From Psammoneis japonica (lineage: Eukaryota), in contig QPGO01000023.1 in NCBI GenBank assembly GCA_008632985.1, positions 465,266 through 491,236 of the forward strand: DNA of 25,971 bases. Reading direction: 5' to 3'. The position numbers and the translations under genes were made by a program. The notes beneath the pieces are model-generated. The model was not told the DNA's origin, did not search any database, and saw only the letters and a program-made list of their open reading frames with translations. How positions within the stretch are numbered: the stretch's first letter is position 1; each line of letters starts with the position of its first letter. Positions 8,859-20,157 of this stretch are shown here, piece after piece.

Positions 8859-11800
8859 CATTGACCACTCAGTGGTTGGTGATTGCAGACTTTTTCGTGT
8901 CGGTCCGGCAGTCGGGCAGTCGGGCAGTCGGGGGGTCGGGCAGTCGGGGGGTCAGGCAGTCGGGTTGTCCGTCTGAATTTGAAAGTGCGCCCCTCGGATT
9001 TTGGAACGGGATGGGTTGTTCAGTGCAGATGAATTCTTCGGATTCGTAGAATGATCATTGAGGACATGAGAGGTCGTGGGGACATCCTAAAAAATCGATA
9101 AATTCCCTGCGATGGGCACGTGGCACGGTTTTTCAGGAGAGCTCGAAAGTGCTGTAAAATTGGGATTGCCGGCGTGGCATGTTCAAAAATGCACTCAGTT
9201 GCACACAAAGACAATTAATCATGAATTCTGCACGAAACAGTCACATTTGGGAAAACATGTCGAACAATGAGTGAGTTTGTGCGATGCGCCATTGTGGCGA
9301 TAAATTGGAAAAAAAAGAGTGTCCGTGCACCTCGCTGCAGCCCCAAAAATGGCATGAGACATCAAATGTGACGGTCATCCGCGTCACCGGTGCGGTGGCC
9401 ACGCCACTCAGCCACCACAACACTGGCCCCGGTGGCAGGGCCCTGTGCACGTAAAGACAATGCAGCATGCAACGGCACACACCCACCCACAAAAGCGAAA
9501 GACAAGTGGTCAATGCTCCCCGCAGGCCTGGTTCACTGCCGGCAGCACGTGCGCCTGAGAAGTTCACGTGCAACATCACTTGTCACCTGCCGGCAGCTGC
9601 TCTCTGCTCTCCACTCTAGCTGCCAGCAGAGAGAGCAGCTGCTGCTGCTCTCCAGAGAGCCAGCAGATTTGAGAGAGTGGCTGGCTGGAGGAGTTGTGTG
9701 GTGTGAGTGACAGACGGTGTGGTGGGGTGAAACGGCGTCATGCTGGCAGAGGGAGCTGGAGGGTTCGCAAGGATGGTGCAGCAAGTTGTGTGTGCAGTTT
9801 GGAGGAGCAGTGCAGGAGTTGGTCAGCAAGTGCTGTGGTCATGGCAAGGCGAAGCTTTGTGGGCCCCATTGTGCAGATCACAGAGCAGGAGGGGTGGCAC
9901 AGGTGGCATGCTGGTGGGTGATGCCGAAGTGGGTGGAGGTGGCGCTTGGCAGACCACGTGGTTGGAGGTGGGATCGAGTTGTTGTTTGAAGTGGGAGTGA
10001 CAAAGGGTGTGGGGGGACAAGGTCTTGAGAAGGAAGGTCTTGACCAAGGTGCAAAAATTGTCTGCTGGGTGTGGCCCAAAGAGCAGGGTTGCTAGAGGGC
10101 ATGGCAGCTTCATGGTTCTTGAGCTGCAAAAGGAGTGGGGGCTGGTTGGGTGATGAGAAAAGGGATGGTGATGACAGTGACAGAGTGGCACCCAACTCCA
10201 CCTGATGATGTGGGGGTGTGGGATTGGAGGAGCAGTGCGTGAGGTGGGAGGGGGGCTCACATTGGGTGGCGAGGTGTTGGGTGGCATGTTGCAAAGGGGA
10301 GAACCACAAGGTGTGATGGGCACAGGGTTGTTGGGGTCAAAGCTGCAGCAGACATTGGACACAAGCAGCAGGTGCAAGATGGGTGAGATGGCACAGGTGC
10401 AGCAGAGGGAACTCTTGGTTTTGGTGCCTTGAAAGCAGGATGACAGGTGGTCAAGGTTGGTGTGCAGGGTTGCAGCTTTTTGTGCTGGGGAAGGTTTGGG
10501 CAAAGGCCATGCTGCTGCTGACAGTCAACCAAAAAGGAAGTGATGGCCTGGGCATGTGGTGATCTCAAGAGAGGATGCCGGGTTGTCAGCTGGATTTTGG
10601 GAGGGTGTTTCTTGGCAAAGAGCAGTGGCACTGGCTGGTGGGAGATTGAGGATGGGAGAGGAACCGGGGGTGGATGTGAGAATGGCGGTGGAGGGCAGGC
10701 AAAGCACCCTTCTTGGCAACATTTGCCCCCCAGCATCAGGAAGTGCCATCACACTGGCAGCCATGGCAGGAAGTGCAGCTCCACTCAGAAAGGGCATGTC
10801 GAGTCTTCCGCTGGGGCTCCATGCTTTTCTCTTTGTCGATGGTGTTCCAAAAGTTGAAGACAGGCTTCCATCAGCCCCTTGTTGGCATCTCTGTGCTGTG
10901 TGCAGAAACTCTAACCTCTGGTTTGCTGAGTTCTCTTCCAGAGCCGGAGGTTGTTGGCAGTGTGGACAGGGTGCTGAGTCATCTGTGCTCCCCTGCATCC
11001 CCTCCACAGTTTCCAAACACACTTCTGCCATGCTCCCGCCTGCTCACCTGTTCTGTCCTTTTGACTCCAACATTCATGATGATGCTTCCCATGCTTCCTG
11101 CACCCACTGTCACCAGTGCCGTTCTTCCTGATGCTGGCGCTGATGAGTTTGAGCCATTGGCAGCTCAGTCCTCTGTTGTGTTTGTTGATCACACCACCAT
11201 TGAAGCAGTTGTCCACAAGGACAACTGCACTTTCCCAAACAGCGCCATTTGTGCCCAACCAAAGCTCAGTGTGCAAGTGCTGCAAAGTGTGAAGCACTTT
11301 GCCTTTCTGGTGCTGGCTTTTGAGTGCAGTTTGATCTTGGCAACCCAACTCTGCACCCTTCAAGTGTCATGTGTCATGTGCTCTTCTAAAGAATCCACAA
11401 GAGCACCTTGATCCTGTGCCAGACATTCTTGGCATTTGTTGCAGATGGTGTGGTGGCGCTGCAAGTTCTGCCTCAGCTTGGCAGCACTGAGCTTTGTCAT
11501 GCTTCTCCCAAAGTTCCCACCAAGATTGCCACATGTGTGTGATCTGATCTGAGTTGCCCAAACCAGAAGAGGCTGGTTTTCTTTGCGGCACTTTTCTGGC
11601 AGGCTGGACTCACAAAGATGAGACTCTTGAAAGGTGTTCCACAGGGTCAAACAGCAGCCATTGAAAACTTGGCACCAGCCAACGTCCAACTGCTGGGCTC
11701 TCCACAGAGGTCAGTGCACGGGACTGAGATCCAATTCACAGACCATCTCACCATGAGCACTTCACCACACTCTGCTGTGCCACATGGCCCCTGCATGCTC

Positions 11801-14800
11801 AAGTCACCACCACACCATGCACCCTCTTGCTTTTTCCCAGAACTGTGTGCTGATTTCCTCTGCGGCATTTTCAGCTTTTTTTTTTTACATGCACAATTTT
11901 TCTCACATGATTCACAACAGCACACCCTCTCCCCAATGCCAAAAAGCAAGAGTGAGCACTGTTGTCATTCACGCACATTTGTGTGCTGTTGCCAGTCAAC
12001 AACACCAGCCACATGGCAGTGAATGACTTCACCCCATTGGCCGATGAGGTCGACCCCGATCCCTCACATTTGTCTTTGATGACAATGTTGATTTTGATGG
12101 CATGAAATGTTTTGCCAATGGCTTTGGCATGGAGTTGTTTGGGCCTGAGCTCAAAGCACAACTGTGCGTGCCTGTCAAAAAGCAGTTTGTGGAGCAAAAG
12201 AGCTGGGCACCTTCTCCTGAATTCCTTGCACTTTGCTTCCTTTGCCACAAGCTGAAGCTGCACCACATTCCACATGTTGTGTGAAGTCATCCACATCAAC
12301 AACATTGTGAGGAAACAAATTGGTCATCCAGACACGTGGCCCCACATCGCCACACGTGGTTGGTCAATGAAGTGATCCCATTGACTGAAGGGCAAATTTG
12401 TTCTTTGATGCAGAAAGTCAAAGGATGCTCTGGAGTGCTCAGCCTCTGCAACACATGGTTAGATGAAAAAAGATCAGCAGCATTGTCCTCACCTCCACCA
12501 CACAGTCAGCCAAGGCCATGACTGAGTTTGCACACCCGATCATTGCTGGTGATGACCTCAAGGATCCACCAACAGGCAAGGCTTGTTTCCATTTTTTGAA
12601 GTGCACTGGTCTCCTGTCCTTGATGGATGACCAAGCATGACCTTCATGGCTCTTGCTTTGTTGCTGAAACAGTCATGCATCATGTTGTGCACAAGAAAAC
12701 TGAAACAAGTCAAAGGCTCTCACAGGTTTTTTGGAAGATGACTGCCCAGAAGGAGTGGCGCACATTTGTCAACAGCTTTCTTGTGATTTGTGACTTGAGT
12801 GATGTTGTGTCACAGGCAGATGCTGTCAAAGTTTGCATCAGAGACAAATGACATGACATCAAGGACCAAGTGTCAAAGGACAGTGATGTGACAGCCCATT
12901 GCAAGGTGCACCAGACAAAAATCAATTCAATGCTGGAGCAAGAATTTGGGAAGCATTGTCCAAAGAAGCAGCCTTGCACTTGTCCCAGGTGCAGCAAGCA
13001 GCCAACAATGCTTCTTTGCAGAGTGCATGACCAAAGGGCAGATCATTTGGAAGATGATCACAAACAACAAGAGCACACATCAAAGACCACCATGAAATTA
13101 GAAGGCAGCAGAAAGATGGTGCCTGCCAATGACTGTGAGAGCACATTTGTTTTCCTGTGCTGTCCTGTGTCCCCTTGACTCACAATTTTTTTGCTTCAGC
13201 CAATCTTCTGTTTGACAATGTGCAAGAGCCTTCTTTGACTGTCCCTCACAAGACAGCCAAGACCTCATCTTGTTCCAACCTGGCACCTCCCAGGGCATCT
13301 GGCAATGTGTCCTTGGCAGGAGAGGCAAACTGCTGCACCCTCACCCTGGACATTCCCACTTTGACAGAAAAGGTCATCCCAGCCAAGCTGTCTTTGTCCT
13401 TGTTGAATGGCGCCAGTTCATTCCAGCCCTGACATTTCTGGGAAGCCCCCTGTTGTTGGTGCCTTGCCTCAAGACCCCAATGACATGTCTTGGTTGGACA
13501 AGTTGATGCTCAGCCAATGCTGAGTGAAGTTGGTGATGCAGTCAGAAGACAATGGCCATTTGAGAGAACTGAATGATGTGTGCACAAGAAGGTGGCCAGG
13601 TGCACACTGGAAAAAGATGACCACAATGACTGACTCCCTGGGTGAAGTCAACAAGGGTGAGGGACCAAGTGAACAGAGTGCACGTTTCATGAGAGCAAGT
13701 GATGAGTTGTGACAAAGGCCATGAGGAAACAAGAGATGTTTGAGTCACAATCCTCACCTCTCTCATGAACGATGTTTTGGATTTGTGCCAGATGGTGGAG
13801 GACACAAAGAGAAACATGTGTGGCAGGGAATTTTGCTGCAATGAGCTCTCATCAGGTCTGCTTGGTGATTGGCTTGCAATGTGCAAGACTCGTGAAATGA
13901 TGAAGAGGTTGTGCAACAGCAAAGTGAGGAACTGTTGCACAATGAAGCACACAAACACATGTCAGCCACCACACTGGTGTTTTCATTGCATGGAGCTGGG
14001 CTTGAAAAGGAAGCAGACATTGCCAGGCATGGATGGAACCCATGCAGAACCAAAGAACACTGGCAGATTGTTGGCGGCCAGGCGGCCTGGAGACAAGGCA
14101 AGTTGTGTCATTGCTTCCATGAGGAGCACGGGAAGGACAGCAAGTTCTTCATCAAGGACAAGTGTGTTGCAAGTTCAAAGGGAAACAAATTAAGTTTGGT
14201 TCTTCATTGATCTGACATCATGAGATTGAAAGAGACATCATCAGTCAATTTGCCAATGCATGGCATGGACAAAAGTGGGTGTGTGCTGGCCCACTTGTGA
14301 AGCACACAAAGTTGGAGACATGTGGTCATTCTGGACTCACAGTGGACAAAAATGTGGTGTCACTTGTGTTGCGGGACAACTGGCATCTTGCTTTGATCAT
14401 GGTCTCATCAAAGCAGAGCCTTTGTTGACACTGACCTGCACTGAAATGAATTTTTTCATGTCAACTCCATGAGTGACAAATGGGTGGATCGTGCAGTGGA
14501 AGGATGCAAGTTCAGCAAGTTGATTTAAAACAGAGAGGGCCAGGATTGAAAGTGCGCTGCAGTTTGTGGATGAGGTCAGAGGCATTGCGGATGCACCCAA
14601 GGACATGGCAGATTTCTCAGATGGGGAGCAGCATGCTGGCACATGTCTTTGTCATGCTCTGTTTGAGTCAGTGGCAAGGTGTGGCAGGAGCTGTCCACAG
14701 CACATGGAAAGGAAAACTTTTGCAGGTTGAATTGTTGTGTGTGCTGCATTTTGACAACTTTGACATTGGCCCGTGCAGAACAAATTTCAATGTGTGAGAT

Positions 14801-16050
14801 GGATGGCAGGCAGCAATCGTTGTGTTTGAATTGAAGATTTCATTGCCAAAATGTCAGCGCAGCGGTTGAAAAATGAGAATCATTGGTGAGAGTGTTGAGA
14901 TGTCAGCATTTAAAAATGCTTTGAATTGAGACAACAGCAGGCTGCAAAGGGATGCGCAACACCCTTTGCAAGACACAAGAAAGCCAACAGATCACAACCT
15001 GCAAGGCCATGCCAAAGACATTGCAGACAAGGAAAGAGGAAGGGAACATCTGCTTGTGATCTAAGTCCAAGGGTGGCAGTGGTGGCAGAGTGGATGGGAA
15101 CAAGTGGAGGGTGCCACACACTCAAGAGAAAAGTGGAAGAGGTGGCAAAAGGAAAGAGCTGTTCCCAAAATCAAGGTTCCTGACTGGGGCAGACATGTCA
15201 AGCATGAAAGGTGTCACGGCCAACATGGAAGAACATGGCCAGTGGCAAATTCAGCAAGTGACGCTGGGCCGGGACATGGGAAGACTGGGCAAAGAAGTGT
15301 GTTCCAAATGCAGTCAATTCAAAAAGAAACCCCATCTCACAGTCAACAATGAAGAGTGCAACAAGTGGCAAGTGCTGCACAAAACTCTGCAGAATGAAAT
15401 TGAGCAGTGTGCTGCCAACACATCTGCCATCCTGTTGACAGAAAAGAGCCCCCAAGCACCGGTGCACACAAACCTGACAAAACGGCAGGAATCATGGGGG
15501 GGGGGAGGGGGCAAAGGATCAGAGTGATTCAACAAGCAATGTGATGATGCAAAGAAAGATGGAGCAAGTGATGCAAGGGTGCAGTTTGACACAGAGCACA
15601 GCAGCAACAACAAGAAGGAGAAAAGTGATGAGAAGGGGGCAAGAGTGTAAGTGCCAAGAAAAAACTGGTGCAGAAGAAGCCAAAAAAAGCAATGCTTGAG
15701 CTGTCCAGCAGCAACAACAAGGGCAACATGGAAAACAAAAAAGGACAAGACCACGAAGAAGAGGAAAGCTCCTCAAATGATGACGATGGGGAAGACAAGA
15801 ACAAAGCTGCAACCCAGCACAGGAACAGCGCCTCTCAGCTGCAATGCATCCACTTGTGGACTGTTGACTGGTGGCAAATTGGCAAATCACTGACATTCAT
15901 TTCTGACATGCACTCCATCATTGACATTAAATGTGCACAAAGTGAAATGAAACTCTCTGCAAATGAAATGATTTTGGCTCAAACATTTTGCAGGGGTGGA
16001 GGGTGAGAATCCTCACAGGGAAGATGAGTGGTTGTTTCACAGTGATTCAA
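8859..16050. mobile_element. Large hypermutated repeat-derived block, unclassified (may be several nested elements)
   Basis: Near-total TpA loss, with CpG loss from ~9800 onward. Protein-like but broken + strand frames at ~12050-15830. Boundaries approximate. Confidence 0.65.
8907..8964 (+). repeat. 8-bp tandem repeat GGCAGTCG / GGGGGTCG, ~7 units
   Basis: Seen directly; preceded by the palindrome ACCACT-C-AGTGGT (8864-8876). Confidence 0.85.
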
Positions 16051-16761
16051 TTTTTCTCACAAGGAGGGGTGGGAATTCTCGTGGCATAAAAAAGGTTGTC
16101 TGTCACACAGTTAGAACTGCTTCACCATGTGCGCAACCAGCTGTCTGTCACAGTTTACTTTTTTAAACAATGCAGTGGTTAAAAGATTGCCACAAGAAAG
16201 GCAGACTTGATCACCACAATGCGCACTCTTATGAGCAATGTAGATGGTCATGGCAAGGGCACCATTCCAGATGTTGGCGAGCTTTGTCCAGCTTTTGATC
16301 ACTGCCGCATCCTTCACGTCGACGCCCTTCTTGGTCCTTAACTTTTTCGCTTTGCCACCCATCCTCATTCGCTGTATGTTTCAGGGGAATGTAACCTAGC
16401 GCTGTGGGAAAGATTGCCTCCATGTGCCCATGCCAGTCAGTCAAAGACATCTCTACAAAATCCCCGGACTCACCGAGAACGATAAGTTGATGTTTAAGAA
16501 GTACAAGGATTTGACTGCAAACCAAGCTCAGTATATCGTACATTCAATGAGCGTATCAACTCTCGTATTTCCACCTAAAGATCGTCCCAGTAATCACACA
16601 GCACTTTTTATGGTATAGGTCGGTTGTGCATTAGAGACGTAGAGCACTGTAGAATTGACGAGCAGTGTCTAAAGTATTCATCTATCAAAATTGTGCGGTA
16701 CGATCTTGAGAGGTTTGTTGCCATAGTTCGACGTGCCAATTTGGGACTGAGACCAGTCATT

Positions 16762-19749
16762 CTATGGCGGATTATTGACCCCGGCACGGAAGGCAAACCA
16801 AGACACTTCAAATCCTCCTTGAGGAAATGCTACTCGAAGCTTGTAGGAGCCTGCATTAAGCCAGACATTGGCAAAAATGGTTTGCCAGCCTCCGTTTGTG
16901 TGTGGAACAGACATCCACAAGACGGAGTTGCCATTGGTTTGGACATTGATTTGACCCGAGTATGTGGGAGAGGTCACACGGGCCGCAAAAGTATACTGAC
17001 CGTTGAACGCAACATTTATGTCAAATTCAACGAAGTCTCCATTGGAAAGAGATGATATCATTTGCCCACCGCCGGCATCTGTCGAAGCTTTGATCTCCAC
17101 TCCCTGTTGACTACAGTGCTGTTCTGCTACTAAGTCGCCAGGCACAGAGAAAGTACTGCAGCCCCCTGTTGGTGGGATATTGGTAGGGGTTGTTGTCGGT
17201 GAGTAAGTCGGCGGTGCTGTTGTTGGCGCAGTCGTTGGCGCTTTTGTCGGTGTCGAAGATGGCGAAGATGTAGGGTTCCTACTGGGAGACTTAGACGGGA
17301 CCTTGGTTGGTGGAACATTTGTTGTCACAACAGAGGAAGGTGTCATCGAAGCACTGCTTTGTGTAGGAGACTGGCTTGTTGGACCGGATGTCGATGGTGC
17401 AAAGGTGGGAGATGAAGTTACGACGGACCCGCTTGATGGAGACGGCGTTGGTGGAGAAGAAGCGGTGATCGGTGGCGGAAGTGGGTTGTTGGTCCCACTT
17501 CCGAAGGACATATAGTTGAGCTTGAAACCACCCTGAGGGAAGGCTACACGAAGACGGTGAACACCTGCATCTAGGTAAACATTGGCATGTATGGTCCGCC
17601 AGGCTCCTTGGGTGTGAGGGACCGACAGCCACAGTTTCGAGATGTTATCGACTTGCAAGTTGATCTGGCCAGAATACACCGGTGAGAATACACGAGCCGA
17701 AAATGTGTACTGGTTGCTTGATGAAACATCAATGTTGTATTCAGAATAGTCGGCATTGTCCAGTTGGAAGATGTTATGTCCGCCCCCTACGTCGGATGCA
17801 GACTCCAGTTCGACGCCTTGATGATCACAGTACTGCTCGGCTTGGATGTAGCCAGGCACAGTGAAAGCAGAAGCAGTAGTGCAGTCTACCCCCGCACCTA
17901 CCGGTGATGCAGAGGGGGTGGCGGTATATTCCGTCGGGGTCCTCGAAGGGGGTGTAGTTGGTTGAACCGGGGCCTTAGATGGGGCCAATGTGACAACTTG
18001 ACTTTTCGTAGGACTCGAAGTTGCTTGGATGGGCGAAGCCGTCGGAGGGGGCGTTGATATAATCGGTGCTTTCGAAGGCGCTGTAGTAGGAATGCTTGTT
18101 GGCGAGGAATCGGGCTCGGCTGTGAAGGATACCCAATTGACATTGAAGCCACCACCAGGGAAAGAAAGCTCGAGGTTGTGGCCGCCAGAGGTGAGGTAGA
18201 AGGATGATGACAAAGTCTGCCAGGATTGCCAACCGCCAGTGTCGGGAATAGAAAAAGACGCAAGCACGTTCTCGTCGACTTTCACATCCATCAGACCGGT
18301 CGACCAGTCGGAGGCGATACGGGCTTCAAAGATGTATTGACCGCTATTGGCGACATTGATGCGGTATTTTGTATAATCTCCAGTGTCGAGGTACCCAACG
18401 TTCTGGCCTCCTCCTGTATCAGACGTTGATTCCAGCTGTACACCTTGGTGTTCGCAATAGTCTTCGGCCTGAATGAGCCCAGGGATGACAAAGCCTGCTG
18501 ACTCGCTGCAAGTAATGGAGGGCTTGATGGCCTGGTAAAAGCCGTTATGCCATTCAATACTCTCATGACCATTCTTGATATTGATCTGAGCGAAGCTTAT
18601 CATTTCATCGTACAAATGTGTTGGGGGTGTTCCACCATTGTTGATGTAGCTCTTGACTTGATTGTAGGTATCGTTCGGTGGAATAGTCCACAGGCACCTA
18701 TCATGGCTCATCTTCTTGAAGCTCCAAGGGTAGTACCCCTGCAAAGTCTGTTTGGCCCAGTCGGTGATTGCTTGAAGATTCGACTCGTCTGTCTCGCCAT
18801 ATTCACCAATGAAGAGAGGAATGTTGAGGTTGTTCGTAATTTGCTCGCGCCCATACGTACCAGATGCTGGGCCGTAGTGATGGATCTGGTAGACGAGCTT
18901 GTCGTCCCACTGACTTGTGATGCCGGTACTTGACTGGACCTGCGAATCCAACCAATCGATCTTGGTTAGGTCCGAGCCCCACCACGAGCCCTCAGCGACG
19001 ATGATGTGGTTGTTGTCAACCTCTCGAATGGCGTCGCGCATGACAAGATAAGAGGGTAGGAGCTCGTACTCACGTCCATCTTGGGGAACCGGCTCGTTGA
19101 TCAGGTCGTATCCCCATATCACCGGCTCGTTGGCATACCTGGTAGCAATATGCTTCCAAATTGAGGCCGCCAGAGCAATGTTGTCCTGGCCGTCCCAAAA
19201 CTTGACAGTACCTCTGGGTTGGCTGGCATTCGAATCGACATTGTCACTGTGATCACCAGGGTTCTGATACCCCGGTGCAGCATGCATGTCGAGAAGTATG
19301 TGCATGCCATGAGTCCTACACCAGCCGATGAGGCGATCGAAGAATTCGAATCCATCGTCGATGATCTGGGCAGTGTCCTGATCGTAGAATAGCTTATAGC
19401 TGAATGGAACACGCACCGAGTTGAAGCCAAGGCTCTTGAGATCATAAATGACCGTCTCGTCCACGTAGTTCAGCCTCCATTGGTATTCAAATTCGGCGGC
19501 CTTGTCTGAGCCACCCAAAGCATCTGCCAGCTCATTGAAGAACTGTGTGTGCGTGCGGTAATTGAAGTCGCCCATCATTAGGTAACCCTCCCAAAGCAGC
19601 CAGTTTCCCAAATTGATGCCGCTGAAGAAGTGTTCCTGTCCGTTCTCGTCGAGAATCTTGGTCCCTGATGTGCTGACAAAGGCGGCACCAACGTTGGCCG
19701 CCGAACCAACCAACAGCAGCAACGGCAAGCAGAGAAGTAGCGTTGTCAT
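16762..19749 (-). CDS. Secreted glycoside hydrolase family 5 (endoglucanase/beta-glucanase-like) with three CBM6 modules separated by Pro/Thr/Ser-rich linkers
   Basis: 995-aa uninterrupted ORF with signal peptide MTTLLLCLPLLLLVGSAA. GH5 motifs GINLGNW, GFNSVRVPF, LDMHAAPG, acid/base YDLINEP and nucleophile FIGEYG. Three PGxIQAExY..QGV...D.GGG...W repeats at ~18490-18120, ~17865-17500 and ~17150-16770. Confidence 0.92.
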   Translation of the reverse strand: MTTLLLCLPLLLLVGSAANVGAAFVSTSGTKILDENGQEHFFSGINLGNWLLWEGYLMMGDFNYRTHTQFFNELADALGGSDKAAEFEYQWRLNYVDETVIYDLKSLGFNSVRVPFSYKLFYDQDTAQIIDDGFEFFDRLIGWCRTHGMHILLDMHAAPGYQNPGDHSDNVDSNASQPRGTVKFWDGQDNIALAASIWKHIATRYANEPVIWGYDLINEPVPQDGREYELLPSYLVMRDAIREVDNNHIIVAEGSWWGSDLTKIDWLDSQVQSSTGITSQWDDKLVYQIHHYGPASGTYGREQITNNLNIPLFIGEYGETDESNLQAITDWAKQTLQGYYPWSFKKMSHDRCLWTIPPNDTYNQVKSYINNGGTPPTHLYDEMISFAQINIKNGHESIEWHNGFYQAIKPSITCSESAGFVIPGLIQAEDYCEHQGVQLESTSDTGGGQNVGYLDTGDYTKYRINVANSGQYIFEARIASDWSTGLMDVKVDENVLASFSIPDTGGWQSWQTLSSSFYLTSGGHNLELSFPGGGFNVNWVSFTAEPDSSPTSIPTTAPSKAPIISTPPPTASPIQATSSPTKSQVVTLAPSKAPVQPTTPPSRTPTEYTATPSASPVGAGVDCTTASAFTVPGYIQAEQYCDHQGVELESASDVGGGHNIFQLDNADYSEYNIDVSSSNQYTFSARVFSPVYSGQINLQVDNISKLWLSVPHTQGAWRTIHANVYLDAGVHRLRVAFPQGGFKLNYMSFGSGTNNPLPPPITASSPPTPSPSSGSVVTSSPTFAPSTSGPTSQSPTQSSASMTPSSVVTTNVPPTKVPSKSPSRNPTSSPSSTPTKAPTTAPTTAPPTYSPTTTPTNIPPTGGCSTFSVPGDLVAEQHCSQQGVEIKASTDAGGGQMISSLSNGDFVEFDINVAFNGQYTFAARVTSPTYSGQINVQTNGNSVLWMSVPHTNGGWQTIFANVWLNAGSYKLRVAFPQGGFEVSWFAFRAGVNNPP

Positions 19750-20157
19750 GGCGAACGTTTCTAGCTAATGACAACGCCAGAAGTATTCCAGTTGGATCCA
19801 AGCTCTTGCAACCTCTGTGCTACGGAACTGGGGTGTTTAAGCATAAAAGTGACGAGAACATAACACATAACAGCGGTCATTCCAGCCAACTCTGCCCATC
19901 CGCATCGTCATCGGCTTCCCGCCATTTTTTGATTTTTTATCCGGGTTCTTTTCATTGAAATCAGCATTGCTAGCGTCTGATCGTCGCTCGTCGACCTTAC
20001 GCGCGGGTCGTCCATCACGCGAGCGATGACACGCGAGAAAACCGCATCCAACATTCCATAAAACATCACTGACAATGAGCGATGAGCGGTGATTGACCCA
20101 ACATCTCCGAGTCTAGACTGGCTGATATCACTGACAGCAACAGGGACTGCTTCTACT

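Noticed and set aside
8907..8964. CRISPR array or telomeric repeat
   Set aside because: 8-bp units without spacers, internal location, eukaryotic context and no cas genes.
1..16050. Alternative genetic code or selenoprotein TGA readthrough
   Set aside because: TGAs occur at expected Arg (CGA) positions together with frameshifts, and neighbouring genes use the standard code.
16111..16618. Short ORFs between the TE block and GH5 as a gene
   Set aside because: Fragmentary in several frames with no recognisable motif; possibly an old relic but unsupported.
19670..19700. VGAAFVS in the GH5 N-terminus as a plastid ASAFAP motif
   Set aside because: The Phe leads straight into the GH5 fold (FVSTSGTKILD) with no transit peptide, so secretion is more likely.
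19981..20030. GC-rich hairpin in the divergent GH5/RUS1 intergenic region as an ncRNA
   Set aside because: Imperfect ~10-bp stem in a CpG-rich promoter; chance-level without covariation data.
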